Assembly: GCA_023484515.1 (NCBI GenBank)
Contig: JAMDAY010000010.1
Location: 5,131-69,130 of the forward strand
DNA length: 64,000 bases
From: Patescibacteria group bacterium
Lineage (GTDB): Bacteria; Patescibacteriota; Doudnabacteria; UBA920
Direction of reading: 5' to 3'
This document shows positions 18,226-28,578 of the stretch, one piece after another; position 1 is the stretch's first letter; every line of letters begins with the position of its first letter. A program made the translations under genes and the position numbers. The notes under the pieces are model-generated. The model saw only the letters and a list, made by a program, of their open reading frames with translations. It was not told the DNA's origin and did no database searches.

Positions 18226-19347
18226 CTATTTTTGAATCTTTAAATTGTATTTTAAGGCCGCGCAATAAACGTTTTCCGTTTCCTTAAGCATTTGCTCTTC
18301 CGTAAACAGCCTGCTCTGCTGCGACGATTTTTGCGACAAAGTTTCCGCTGCATTACGGTCCCGTATTACAGTAACCATGGCCCGGGCCAGAGCCCGGGGG
18401 TCTTGGGGCGGCACTAATATTGCGGCGCTGCCCAGGGCTTCCCGGTTGCCGCCGACATTTGCCGCAATTATTGGCAGGCCGGCCTGCATGGCTTCCAGCA
18501 GGGCATAGGGAAAGCCTTCCTTGCGCGAGGGAAGCACAAAAATATCCAGTGCCTTTAAATAGAGCCGCGCGTCCGGCACTTGCCCCAGCAGCCGGAAAGA
18601 GCTTTCCAATTTTAAATTTAAGATTTTAGATTTAAGATTTTGATATTCCGGGCCGCTGCCGAAAATTACGAATACCACTTTGTCCAAAATTTCCCGCGGC
18701 AAAGTTGCCGCGGCTTCCACCAAAATGTCCTGCCCTTTGGTTTTGTAAAAGTTGGAAGTGTTGCCCAATGTTATCACGTGCTGCGGCAGCCCCAGCCGGC
18801 TGCGGGCTTCGTCCCTGGTTAAAAACGGCAGGGGAGGGATGCCGTTATGGACCGTGCGAATTTTTTCTGGAGCAATCAGTCTTTTTTGCAGCGCGGAATT
18901 TTTATCGGAGTCGGAAACCGCAATAATATAGCTGCGGAACAAAGAGGCGAATTTTTCTAGCCAAAGGTAGAAAAACTTGGAAACAGGGGAGAGCGGCTCG
19001 CTGTAGCGGAAGCCGTGGGCGGTAAAAATAATTTTGGCTTTAACGAACGGCTTAACCAGGCTGCCCAAAAACCCCGCTTTGGTGGAATTTAAATGCACTA
19101 TGTCGGGTTTTAGGGAATTGGCCAGCCTGGCAATTTCCAAAATTGCCAGCAAGTCATGCCAGGGGCTAATGTTGCGCTTTAAGTGCCTAAGCCCGTAAGC
19201 CGGAATGCCAGCCTGCCTGGCTTTAACAAACAGCCCTTGTTCTTCCGTTCCGGCGGCAATGGCGCCTTTAAAATGCCTGGCCAAAGCCAGCACGTAATTC
19301 TGCGCGCCGCCCCCGTCGGCTTGGGTGATAATATACAGTATCTTCAT
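18226..19347 (-). CDS. glycosyltransferase family 4 (GT1-fold)
   Basis: EGFPYALLEAMQAGLPIIAANVGG is the GT4 C-terminal motif. The ORF is 373 aa. Confidence 0.85.
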   Translation of the reverse strand: MKILYIITQADGGGAQNYVLALARHFKGAIAAGTEEQGLFVKARQAGIPAYGLRHLKRNISPWHDLLAILEIARLANSLKPDIVHLNSTKAGFLGSLVKPFVKAKIIFTAHGFRYSEPLSPVSKFFYLWLEKFASLFRSYIIAVSDSDKNSALQKRLIAPEKIRTVHNGIPPLPFLTRDEARSRLGLPQHVITLGNTSNFYKTKGQDILVEAAATLPREILDKVVFVIFGSGPEYQNLKSKILNLKLESSFRLLGQVPDARLYLKALDIFVLPSRKEGFPYALLEAMQAGLPIIAANVGGNREALGSAAILVPPQDPRALARAMVTVIRDRNAAETLSQKSSQQSRLFTEEQMLKETENVYCAALKYNLKIQK

Positions 19348-19565
19348 ATGCTAATATTTAAAAAATTGGCGAATTCCTTATTTGAACCCCGCTCGAAACC
19401 TTCCGCTATATTTAATAATATGGAAAATGCCGCTCTTTTTAATTGATCTAATAGCGAGTAATCTTTTTGCAGTTTTGGACTGCTTTCTATTAATTTATAT
19501 ATTCTATTTGTTAAAATTCTGGATTCTTGCCATACCGGCACGTCCTCGAATTGGTTATAGTGCAT
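19344..19565 (-). CDS. four-helix-bundle protein (23S rRNA intervening-sequence-type, TIGR02436-like), apparently C-terminally truncated (73 aa)
   Basis: FEDVPVWQESRILTNRIYKL...LLDQLKRAAFSILLNIAEGFERGSNKEFANFL matches helices 1-2 of the family. Its stop overlaps the GT4 start (ATGA). Confidence 0.5.
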   Translation of the reverse strand: MHYNQFEDVPVWQESRILTNRIYKLIESSPKLQKDYSLLDQLKRAAFSILLNIAEGFERGSNKEFANFLNISI

Positions 19566-19670
19566 AAGTGGATTTTAATTTTTCAATTTTTAATCTTTCA
19601 ATCTTTCAATAATATCATTGTATATTAAAACCAATTGCTTTGAAAGTGAAACTATGGTAAAGTTGAATAT

Positions 19671-20693
19671 ATGAAAAACACGCCCAAAGTCGCGCTAATC
19701 ACCGGCATTACCGGGCAGGACGGGTCATACTTGGCGGAATTGCTGCTGTCCAAGGGATACGAAGTCCACGGGATAATGCGGCGCGCCAGCACTTTTAATA
19801 CCGAGAGGATAGAGCAAATTTACCAGGATCCGCACGAGTCGCATAAGAGGCTGTTTTTGCACTACGGGGATTTGGCGGACGCCTCCAATTTAAACCATCT
19901 GCTTAAAAAAGTTAAGCCTGACGAAATTTACAATTTGGGCGCGCAGAGCCACGTGCGCGTCAGCTTTGACATTCCCGAATACACGGCCAATGTGACGGCT
20001 TTGGGCACGCTGCGCCTGCTGGACGCCATCCGCGAAAACGAAATTCAAACCAGGTTTTACCAGGCCGGGTCTTCGGAAATGTTCGGCGACGTTTTGGAAA
20101 CGCCGCAAAGCGAAAGCACGCCGTTTAACCCGGCTTCGCCCTATGGCGCGGCCAAGGTATTTGCCCACCACATTTGCAAGAATTACCGCGCTGCCTACAA
20201 TATGTTTATTTGCAACGGCATATTGTTCAATCACGAATCGGAGAGGCGCGGCAAGACTTTTGTGACGCGGAAAATTACCACCGGCATTGCCGAAATTTTA
20301 GCCGGCCGGCAGGACAAAATCTATTTGGGAAATTTGGACGCCAAGCGCGACTGGGGCTATGCGCCGGAATACGTGCAGGCTATGTGGCTGATGCTGCAGC
20401 AGGACAAGCCGGACGACTACGTGATTGCCACGGGCGAAACCCACAGCATTAGGGAATTTTTGGAAGAGGCTTTCGGCTTGCTGGGCATTAAGGATTGGGA
20501 AAAATACATTGGCATAGACCCCAAATACTACCGGCCGCAGGAAGTTAATTTGCTTTTGGGCAATGCCGGCAAAGCCAAAAAAATCTTGGGCTGGGAGCCG
20601 AAAGTGAAGTTTAAGGACCTGGTGCGCATAATGCTGGAAGCGGATGTTAAGGAAGCAGGGATGCAGTTGAAAGATTTAAAGATTGAAAATTAA
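19671..20693 (+). CDS. gmd: GDP-mannose 4,6-dehydratase
   Basis: [19 protein letters not shown]...GDLAD...[14 protein letters not shown]...[13 protein letters not shown] matches GMD throughout. Confidence 0.95.
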   Translation: MKNTPKVALITGITGQDGSYLAELLLSKGYEVHGIMRRASTFNTERIEQIYQDPHESHKRLFLHYGDLADASNLNHLLKKVKPDEIYNLGAQSHVRVSFDIPEYTANVTALGTLRLLDAIRENEIQTRFYQAGSSEMFGDVLETPQSESTPFNPASPYGAAKVFAHHICKNYRAAYNMFICNGILFNHESERRGKTFVTRKITTGIAEILAGRQDKIYLGNLDAKRDWGYAPEYVQAMWLMLQQDKPDDYVIATGETHSIREFLEEAFGLLGIKDWEKYIGIDPKYYRPQEVNLLLGNAGKAKKILGWEPKVKFKDLVRIMLEADVKEAGMQLKDLKIEN

Positions 20694-21692
<999 letters not shown>

Positions 21693-21694
21693 GC

Positions 21695-22483
21695 ATGAAG
21701 CTGGTCAGCCTGAACACGTTTGGCGCTACCCAAGGCGAAATATTTTTCAACTATATTAAGCAGCATCGGGACAATACCGACATTTTTTGTTTGCAGGAAG
21801 TGTTTTCCGCCAGCGGCAACGCTCCGAAAATTTACGGCGGATTCCATTTGTTTGAGCTGCAGGAGTTGCGCGGGTTATTGCCTGGTTTTAAAGATTTTTA
21901 CGAAGCCAAAAGTTTTGGTTATGCGGATGCTACTGACCAAAAAATTGATGTGCCGGTCAGTTTCGGCATGTCAATATTCGTGAGGGAAAACTTTAAAACG
22001 GAAGATTACGGAGCCTGTGTTTTAGGGGACGGGGTGGCTGCGGGCGGCCCGCTGTTGGAAGGTTTGGTCAAGTCCCAAACAGCGGTCTTGGAAGCTGGCG
22101 GGCAAAAACTGCGCATAATAAACATACACGGCCTGTCGCGTCCCGGCGACAAGCTGGATACCCCGGCAAGGCTGGAGCAGTCCAGGAAAATTCTGGAAAT
22201 TTTAACCGGCCAAGCCGCGCCAACCATACTCTGCGGCGACTTTAATTTAATGCCGGAAACCGAGAGCATAAGAATGCTGGAAGGCAAAATGCGGAACCTG
22301 GTCAAAGAATTCAATATTGCCAACACCCGGAACGAGATAAGCTGGCAGCAGTATCATAACAGGCAATATTTTGCGGATTACGTTTTCGTATCCCCAGGCA
22401 TTAAAGTCCAAAACTTCCGGGTCCCGTATAATTTGGCGTCCGACCACTTGCCGATGATATTAGAATTTGAATTGAAAATTTAA
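21695..22483 (+). CDS. endonuclease/exonuclease/phosphatase (EEP) family protein
   Basis: DIFCLQEV near the N-terminus and SDHLPMILEFEL at the C-terminus, both EEP-fold hallmarks. Confidence 0.7.
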   Translation: MKLVSLNTFGATQGEIFFNYIKQHRDNTDIFCLQEVFSASGNAPKIYGGFHLFELQELRGLLPGFKDFYEAKSFGYADATDQKIDVPVSFGMSIFVRENFKTEDYGACVLGDGVAAGGPLLEGLVKSQTAVLEAGGQKLRIINIHGLSRPGDKLDTPARLEQSRKILEILTGQAAPTILCGDFNLMPETESIRMLEGKMRNLVKEFNIANTRNEISWQQYHNRQYFADYVFVSPGIKVQNFRVPYNLASDHLPMILEFELKI

Positions 22484-22504
22484 GATGAGCAATTTTTAAT
22501 TAAA

Positions 22505-23587
22505 ATGCTTCGTATTTTATTCTGTGGTTTTAAATACGAATACGGCCGGCCGGAGCTGGGCTTGTCCGCTATTGAATACCGGGCTTTTTACAAGACGTTG
22601 GAAGCCATGGAAGGGGTGGAGGCGGAGTTTTTTGCAATTGACGAGCTTATGCGCCAGGCGGGGCGGGACGAAATGAACCGGCAATTAATCCGGAAGGTTC
22701 AAGAGGAAAAACCGGACCTGCTGTTTTGTTTCTTGTTTACCGAGGAGCTGAAAAAGGAAACCATAGCTTACATTACGCGCAAGACTGGGACTAAAACTTT
22801 TAACTGGTTTGCGGACGACCACTGGCGCCTGCCGGTCTTTTCCCGCTTTTGGGCGCCGCTGTTTACCATGGCCGGGACAACGGATTCGCAAGCTTTGGCT
22901 AAATATGAATCTTACGGCATCACTAACGTCATAAAGACCCAGTGGGCGGCGAATACGGCGTTATGCAAGCCGGTAGATGATTTAAAGATTGAAAGATTGA
23001 AAGATTCAAAGATTGAGGATTGCGAAATTGCCTTTGTGGGAAAAAAATACGGGAACAGGGGAAGTTATATCGCGTATCTTAAAAGCCATAACCTTCCGGC
23101 AGAGGGGTATGGCAAAGGTTGGGAAACGGGCGTGGTAAGTTTCCGGGAGATGCTGGAAATATTTTCCCAAAGTAAGATAAATTTGAATTTTACGGAAAGC
23201 TACTTAAGTTGGCCAAAAGAGATTGTAAAATTGTTTATAAAGGAAGAACTGGGCAAATACAGTCTTAATTTCCAATTTCCAATTTCCAATCTCCAATCCT
23301 TGGCTGGGAAAAGACGCAGGCAAATTAAGGCGCGGATTTTTGAAGTGCCGGCTTGCGGCGGGTTCCTGCTGACCGGTGATGCGGACAATTTGCGCGACTA
23401 CTATGAAGACGGCAAGGAAATTGTCCTTTTTAAGGACAAAAATGATTTAGTGGAAAAATGCCGTTATTATCTTGAGCACGAAGGCGAGCGCCAAGCCATT
23501 GCCCTTGCGGGTTATCAGCGGACTATAAAGGACCACACTTACGAGCAGAGGTTTAGAGAAATATTTAAGGTAATGGAACTAGTGTAA
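22505..23587 (+). CDS. CgeB-family glycosyltransferase (DUF3880 plus GT1-like C-terminal domain)
   Basis: The C-terminal block IFEVPACGGFLLTGD...YYLEHEGERQAIALAGYQRTIKDHTYEQR is typical of CgeB-like proteins. A paralog lies at 43181-44338. Confidence 0.65.
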   Translation: MLRILFCGFKYEYGRPELGLSAIEYRAFYKTLEAMEGVEAEFFAIDELMRQAGRDEMNRQLIRKVQEEKPDLLFCFLFTEELKKETIAYITRKTGTKTFNWFADDHWRLPVFSRFWAPLFTMAGTTDSQALAKYESYGITNVIKTQWAANTALCKPVDDLKIERLKDSKIEDCEIAFVGKKYGNRGSYIAYLKSHNLPAEGYGKGWETGVVSFREMLEIFSQSKINLNFTESYLSWPKEIVKLFIKEELGKYSLNFQFPISNLQSLAGKRRRQIKARIFEVPACGGFLLTGDADNLRDYYEDGKEIVLFKDKNDLVEKCRYYLEHEGERQAIALAGYQRTIKDHTYEQRFREIFKVMELV

Positions 23588-23767
23588 AACTAAAGTAAAT
23601 ATTTAAGTAAATATTTGCTTTTGATTGGCGTAAAGGAAGCAGGCCGCCTGATTCTTATTAGCTGATGTTTTAAGGTTTTAGCCGTTAATTTATCCACAAT
23701 TGACCTATCTTGACACCCAATGACCTGTTATGATACTGTAAAAGCAGTTAAAATAAACTTTCTTTCC

Positions 23768-24013
23768 ATGGCAGAAATCAAGCCAAATGAAGTATATACT
23801 ACCGAAGAAACGCAGGAGTTGCTGAAAGTCAGCAATAGCACTATTAAACGCATGTTGAAAAACGGTTTGCTCCGGGCCAACAAAGTCGGCAAGCAGTATC
23901 GCATAATGGGGCATGAAATTTTAAGGCTGGTCAGCCCGGAAGTGGAGCAAAAAGCCGTGGAAAAGTACCAGCAAATTAAAACCAAAGTCAGGGAAGGGAC
24001 AAAAAACTGGTAA
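23768..24013 (+). CDS. excisionase-family helix-turn-helix DNA-binding protein
   Basis: YTTEETQELLKVSNSTIKRMLKNGLLRANKVGKQYRI matches the excisionase/MerR-type HTH (TIGR01764-like). The ORF track starts earlier, at 23720. Confidence 0.55.
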   Translation: MAEIKPNEVYTTEETQELLKVSNSTIKRMLKNGLLRANKVGKQYRIMGHEILRLVSPEVEQKAVEKYQQIKTKVREGTKNW

Positions 24014-24107
24014 CCCTACTAAAGTACCAAAATGTACCAAAATACGAAATCTGCTACAAATTTGGGTTAATTTAGTACTTTAGTATTATTTAGTATTTTA
24101 GTAGGGG
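24014..24107. repeat. solo inverted-repeat pair of the TACTAAAG motif family (termini CCCTACTAAA ... TTTAGTAGGGG), with about 26 nt between the arms
   Basis: Read directly. It has the same termini as the repeats flanking the GxxExxY gene at 24929-25390. Confidence 0.55.
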
Positions 24108-24108
24108 T

Positions 24109-24927
24109 ATGGAAATTATAATTCGACCAAAAAGCAAATGGTGGCATTTGGACCTGGGAGAGCTTTGGACTTTCCGCGATTTATTTTATTTTTTAACCTG
24201 GCGGGACGTTAAGGTCAAATACAAGCAGACCATTGTGGGGGTGCTGTGGGCCGTGTTCCAGCCGTTTGTGACCATGGTGGTGTTTTCGGTTTTTTTCGGC
24301 AGGCTGGCTAAAATGCCTTCGGAGGGGGTGCCTTACCCGATTTTTGTTTACACCGGCCTTATTTTTTGGACTTTGTTTTCCGCGGGACTGACCGACACCA
24401 GCGGCTCATTCGTTTCTAATTCCCAGATTGTGACCAAAGTATACTTTCCCCGCGTTATTTTGCCCACGGCCACGGTGCTGACAAACATGGTGGACTTTGC
24501 CATTGCGGCAATCATTCTGGTGGGGTTGATGTTTTATTACCACTACACCCCCACGCTTTTGGGGATTGTGCTAATTCCGGTCCTAATTTTAATGACCATT
24601 TTAAGCACGCTGGGCGTGGGTTTGCTGTTCGGGTCTTTGAACGTAAAATACCGCGACGTCAGGTTTATTTTGCCGTTTTTTATCCAGTTGCTGATTTTCA
24701 TCACGCCGGTCATTTACCCCGTTACCATTGTTTCGGAAAAATACCGCTGGATTTTGGGCCTTAACCCCATGTCCGGGGTAATAGACGTTGCGCGGGCAGG
24801 GCTTTTGGGAATTAAGTCCATAGACTGGGGGCTGCTGCTTGTTTCCATAATAAGCATGACAGTGTATTGCGTTGTCGGATACCTTTACTTCAAGGTGGTG
24901 GAGCGGTATTTCGCAGACGTTATTTAA
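24109..24927 (+). CDS. wzm: ABC-2 type polysaccharide exporter permease (Wzm/TagG-like)
   Basis: WRDVKVKYKQTIVGVLWAVFQPF and six predicted TM segments, the ABC-2 permease signature. Confidence 0.85.
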   Translation: MEIIIRPKSKWWHLDLGELWTFRDLFYFLTWRDVKVKYKQTIVGVLWAVFQPFVTMVVFSVFFGRLAKMPSEGVPYPIFVYTGLIFWTLFSAGLTDTSGSFVSNSQIVTKVYFPRVILPTATVLTNMVDFAIAAIILVGLMFYYHYTPTLLGIVLIPVLILMTILSTLGVGLLFGSLNVKYRDVRFILPFFIQLLIFITPVIYPVTIVSEKYRWILGLNPMSGVIDVARAGLLGIKSIDWGLLLVSIISMTVYCVVGYLYFKVVERYFADVI

Positions 24928-24928
24928 T

Positions 24929-25390
24929 CCCTACTAAATTACTAAAGTGTACCAAAATACTAAAACTAAAAACATTCGGGAAGATTTGGTTGAAAAGGAC
25001 CTTTGTTATAAAATAGTTGGCGTATTAATGGAAGTATATAAACAACTTGGAAGCGGCCATCGCGAACAATATTACCAGCGAGCAATTGCAGCAGAACTTA
25101 CGCGTCAAAAGTACTCATTTAAACAGTTTGTTAGAACAACCTTAAATTATAAAGATGCCCCAATAGGCGTTTATATCTTAGATTTCCTAATAGAAGGCCG
25201 TGTGGTTCTGGAGATAAAGAAGGATAACTATTTTTCCAGACAACACATTGACCAAGTTAATGGATATTTAAAGACTTTAGATCTTCGGCTGGGTATTTTA
25301 GCAAATTTCACCAAAGAAGGGGTAAAATTTAAAAGAATCGTCAATCTGTATTAATTTAGTACTTTAGTATTTTTTAGTAATTTAGTAAGG
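24929..25390. mobile_element. putative inverted-repeat-flanked cassette carrying a GxxExxY gene
   Basis: Left repeat CCCTACTAAATTACTAAAGTGTACCAAAATACTAAAA (24929-), right repeat ...TTAGTACTTTAGTATTTTTTAGTAATTTAGTAAGG (-25390). Termini are CCCTACTAAA / TTTAGTAAGG. The cassette splits the wzm-wzt pair. Confidence 0.4.
24947..25354 (+). CDS. GxxExxY protein (PD-(D/E)XK-superfamily, TIGR04256-like)
   Basis: KIVGVLMEVYKQLGSGHREQYYQRAIAAEL...DFLIEGRVVLEIK matches the family. The start is uncertain; the first annotated codon lies inside the flanking repeat. Confidence 0.8.
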   Translation: MYQNTKTKNIREDLVEKDLCYKIVGVLMEVYKQLGSGHREQYYQRAIAAELTRQKYSFKQFVRTTLNYKDAPIGVYILDFLIEGRVVLEIKKDNYFSRQHIDQVNGYLKTLDLRLGILANFTKEGVKFKRIVNLY

Positions 25391-25393
25391 AAG

Positions 25394-26665
25394 ATGGCTA
25401 TTATAGAGGTCACCAATTTAGGGAAAAAATACAATATTGGCGAACGCCAGAATTATTTGGCGTTGCGGGATACTTTGACGTATATTATCAAGTCGCCTTT
25501 AAAATGGTTTGGCGGAAAAGTTAAAAGTTTGCAGAGCCGCCCTGACAATGAATTTTGGGCGCTTCGGGACGTAAATTTTACCGTAAAAAAAGGCGAGGTT
25601 TTGGGCATTATTGGCCGCAACGGAGCGGGCAAGTCCACATTGCTGAAAATCCTTTCGCAAATTACCCCGCCCACAACGGGGGAAATTCGCCTGGGCGGCC
25701 GGGTGGGTAGCCTTTTGGAAGTGGGAACGGGTTTCCACCCGGAACTTACCGGCCGCGAGAATATTTTTCTTAACGGCGCAATTTTGGGAATGAGGAAAAA
25801 GGAAATAGAAAAGAAGTTTGACGAGATTGTGGAATTTTCCGGGGTGGAAAAATTCATTGACACGCCGGTCAAGCGCTATTCTTCCGGAATGTATGTGCGC
25901 CTGGCGTTTTCCGTTGCCGCGCACTTGGAACCGGACATTTTGATAATTGACGAAGTCCTGGCCGTGGGCGACTCGGAATTCCAAAAGAAATGCCTGGGCA
26001 AAATGGAAGAAGTTACCAAAAAAGAAGGCCGCACCGTGCTGTTCGTAAGCCATAACCTGGCCGCGGTAAAAAAATTGTGCGACCGCTGCGTTGTACTGAA
26101 TAATGGCAGCAAGGTTTTTGAAGGGGGAACGGAAAAAGCGCTTTTGGCATACGATAATTTGCAAAGCAGCAGGGAACTGAAAATGAATAAAGGCGAATAT
26201 AATAATAACCGCAGGGGCTCGGGGACTTTAAGTTTTACTGAAATTGAAATGTTTGACACAAACGACAAAAAGAGGAATATGTTCAACATAGGCGAAACCG
26301 TAAGGTTTAAAATGTCTTATGCGGTCCTTAACGAAATGGAAGGGCTTTATGTGCTTATTTCCCTGTATAAGGACAGGCTTAACGGTGTGTTAACAACCGT
26401 AAAACATGAGTTGCGGAACAATGTTATAAAAAAAGGCGAAAATGGTTCTGCCATAGTGGATGTTGAACTGTCCCATATTTGCCCGGGCGAATACAGTCTG
26501 CATTTTTGGCTAGGCGATAAAATGGCGCTGCATCAAGGCACCCCGCTTAATTACGACGTAGTGGACAACGTAGTGGGACCCTTGGTAATTAAGGCATCCA
26601 GCGAAGAAGAAAAGGAGATGGCCGGCTATTTTACTTTGCCATCAAATATGAATATACTTAAATAA
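25394..26665 (+). CDS. wzt: ABC polysaccharide exporter ATP-binding protein (Wzt/TagH-like) with a C-terminal glycan-binding domain
   Basis: Walker A GRNGAGKST, signature YSSGMYVRLAF, Walker B ILIIDEVLAVGD. The extra roughly 170-aa C-terminal domain is markedly lower in GC than the NBD. Confidence 0.9.
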   Translation: MAIIEVTNLGKKYNIGERQNYLALRDTLTYIIKSPLKWFGGKVKSLQSRPDNEFWALRDVNFTVKKGEVLGIIGRNGAGKSTLLKILSQITPPTTGEIRLGGRVGSLLEVGTGFHPELTGRENIFLNGAILGMRKKEIEKKFDEIVEFSGVEKFIDTPVKRYSSGMYVRLAFSVAAHLEPDILIIDEVLAVGDSEFQKKCLGKMEEVTKKEGRTVLFVSHNLAAVKKLCDRCVVLNNGSKVFEGGTEKALLAYDNLQSSRELKMNKGEYNNNRRGSGTLSFTEIEMFDTNDKKRNMFNIGETVRFKMSYAVLNEMEGLYVLISLYKDRLNGVLTTVKHELRNNVIKKGENGSAIVDVELSHICPGEYSLHFWLGDKMALHQGTPLNYDVVDNVVGPLVIKASSEEEKEMAGYFTLPSNMNILK

Positions 26666-26796
26666 CAGGTTGTAATAGGGGTTTAATTGTTAATTTTTAT
26701 CCATTTTTTAGTTTTAAGTCCTTAAATTTAATGTTTCCCTTTTTTATTTTACTGGGAATCGTCAGTTTAAGGTTTCAAGTATTAACAAAAATTAAT

Positions 26797-27423
26797 ATGA
26801 ATTATTTACAAAAAGTAGAAAGAGCGAAGCGCCTTATAAGGGAATCAATAAAAAAATATCCAAAGATTGTTTTAGGATCTTCTTTCGGCAAGGATTCAAT
26901 GGTTACCTTGCACCTCACTTTGTCGGTAAAACCTGATATTCCGGTGTTTTCCATACTCGCGGATACGGAATTTCCGGAGACTTACAATTTTGCCGAAGAA
27001 ATGGCTAAAAGGTACAGCCTTGCTTATACCCCTTATGTATTTGAGCAGGCGAAAGGGGAAAAATGCTGCGGCAAACCCAAAGTTGAAAAAACAAAGGAAG
27101 CCTTGAAAGACTATGACGCTTGGATATCCGGAGTAAGGAAGACAGAAGGGATAACCAGGGCGAATTTTAATCCGGTAGAGACAAAAAACGGATTGACAAA
27201 AATAAACCCAATTCTTGAGTTTACGGAATTGGACATATGGAGGTATCTTGCCCTGAATGAGATCCCAGTGAACCCGAAATATAAGGAAGGCTATCGGAGC
27301 CTGGGTTGCAGCCTGTGCTCTTTTCCCGAAGAGAATGAATGTGAAACGGAGCGTGCCGGCAGGTGGAAAGGAACTCCGGATGCCTGCGGCGAGTGCGGAA
27401 TACACACGCAGCCTTTAAGATAG
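26797..27423 (+). CDS. cysH: adenylyl-/phosphoadenylyl-sulfate reductase (CysH family, Fe-S cluster type)
   Basis: It aligns along the whole length with Bacillus-type CysH: SSFGKDSMV, ETYNFAEE, KCCGKPKV (CC motif), SLGCSLCSF (CxxC) and C-terminal ECGIH. The ORF track begins earlier, at 26731. Confidence 0.8.
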   Translation: MNYLQKVERAKRLIRESIKKYPKIVLGSSFGKDSMVTLHLTLSVKPDIPVFSILADTEFPETYNFAEEMAKRYSLAYTPYVFEQAKGEKCCGKPKVEKTKEALKDYDAWISGVRKTEGITRANFNPVETKNGLTKINPILEFTELDIWRYLALNEIPVNPKYKEGYRSLGCSLCSFPEENECETERAGRWKGTPDACGECGIHTQPLR

Positions 27424-27516
27424 GCTTAAAGGCATTAAATTAATTGTACAAATTGTTTTAGAGACCGCCATTAGCAAAGCCAATCGGGCAGAAATGTTAT
27501 CTAAAAAATCAGCGTT

Positions 27517-28578
27517 ATGATAAACAATACTAAAGTCAGGGAAATTCTAGAGGGAAAGACCGTTTTAATAACCGGGGGAACCGGTTACCTCGGCCAGGCT
27601 TTGACTGCGGAAATTCTGAAATATGATCCTAAAAGCGTAAGAATTTTCAGCAGAGACGAGGTTAAGCACCATAAGTTTCAGGAAAAATTTGCATATAATA
27701 GCAAAATAAGAAATTTTATCGGCGATATCCGTGACTACCAAAGGCTCCTTAAAGCCGTAAGGCAGGCGGATGTGGTTATCCATGCGGCTGCGCTGAAGAG
27801 GCTGGACCTTTTGGAGTATAATGTGGACGAAGCCGTCAAGACCAATATTTTGGGAACGCTGAATGTAGTCAACGCTTGCCTTGCGAATAATGTTGAGAAG
27901 GCGATATTGGTTTCGACCGACAAGGCCTGCTCGCCGGTAAATACTTACGGGGCGTGCAAATTCGTAAGCGAAAGGATATTCAGCGAAAGTAATTTCAGCA
28001 AAGGCGACATAAGGACGGTTTTTACGACGGTGAGGTATGGAAATGTTTTGGAAAGTACGGGGTCAGTCATACCTTTTTTTAGCGAGAAGATAAAAAATGG
28101 CGAAGAAATCCCGTTGACCGACCCAAGGATGACCCGTTTTATAATAAGTCCACAGCAGGCGGTGGGCTTGATATTTGATGCAATGCTCTATGGAATAGGC
28201 GGGGAAGTTTTTGTTCCAAAGCTGCCGTCTTTCAGGATTATTGACCTTATTGAAATCCTTAAGGAAAAATTGGGGAAAAACAACGGAACAAAAACAATCG
28301 GCTTGCGGCCGGGAGAGAAAATCCACGAACTTATGATAAATTATGCGGAAATCCCCAGGACTTATGATTTTAGGGATCTTTATGTCATAAGTTCGTGTAT
28401 TGAAAAATACCAGCATGGCAGCGAAGCGGAATATGTAAAACACGGCAAACTGCTTAATGAATCGGAAATGAAAGAATACAGTTCGGAAGATATGGTGGTG
28501 TCAAAAAATGAGGCGACAGAAATATTCAAACGGTTTAATCTTTTAAGAGATGATCCCATACGGCAAACAATTTATTGA
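27517..28578 (+). CDS. pseB: UDP-N-acetylglucosamine 4,6-dehydratase (inverting), PseB/FlaA1/CapD family
   Basis: LITGGTGYLGQAL...IFSRDE.KHH...IGDIRD...VIHAAALKRLDLLEYN...KTNILGT. Confidence 0.85.
   Translation: MINNTKVREILEGKTVLITGGTGYLGQALTAEILKYDPKSVRIFSRDEVKHHKFQEKFAYNSKIRNFIGDIRDYQRLLKAVRQADVVIHAAALKRLDLLEYNVDEAVKTNILGTLNVVNACLANNVEKAILVSTDKACSPVNTYGACKFVSERIFSESNFSKGDIRTVFTTVRYGNVLESTGSVIPFFSEKIKNGEEIPLTDPRMTRFIISPQQAVGLIFDAMLYGIGGEVFVPKLPSFRIIDLIEILKEKLGKNNGTKTIGLRPGEKIHELMINYAEIPRTYDFRDLYVISSCIEKYQHGSEAEYVKHGKLLNESEMKEYSSEDMVVSKNEATEIFKRFNLLRDDPIRQTIY

Noticed and set aside
25499-26164. 221-aa minus-strand ORF antisense to wzt
   Set aside because: It is antisense to a strongly supported ABC ATPase frame and has no recognisable domain.
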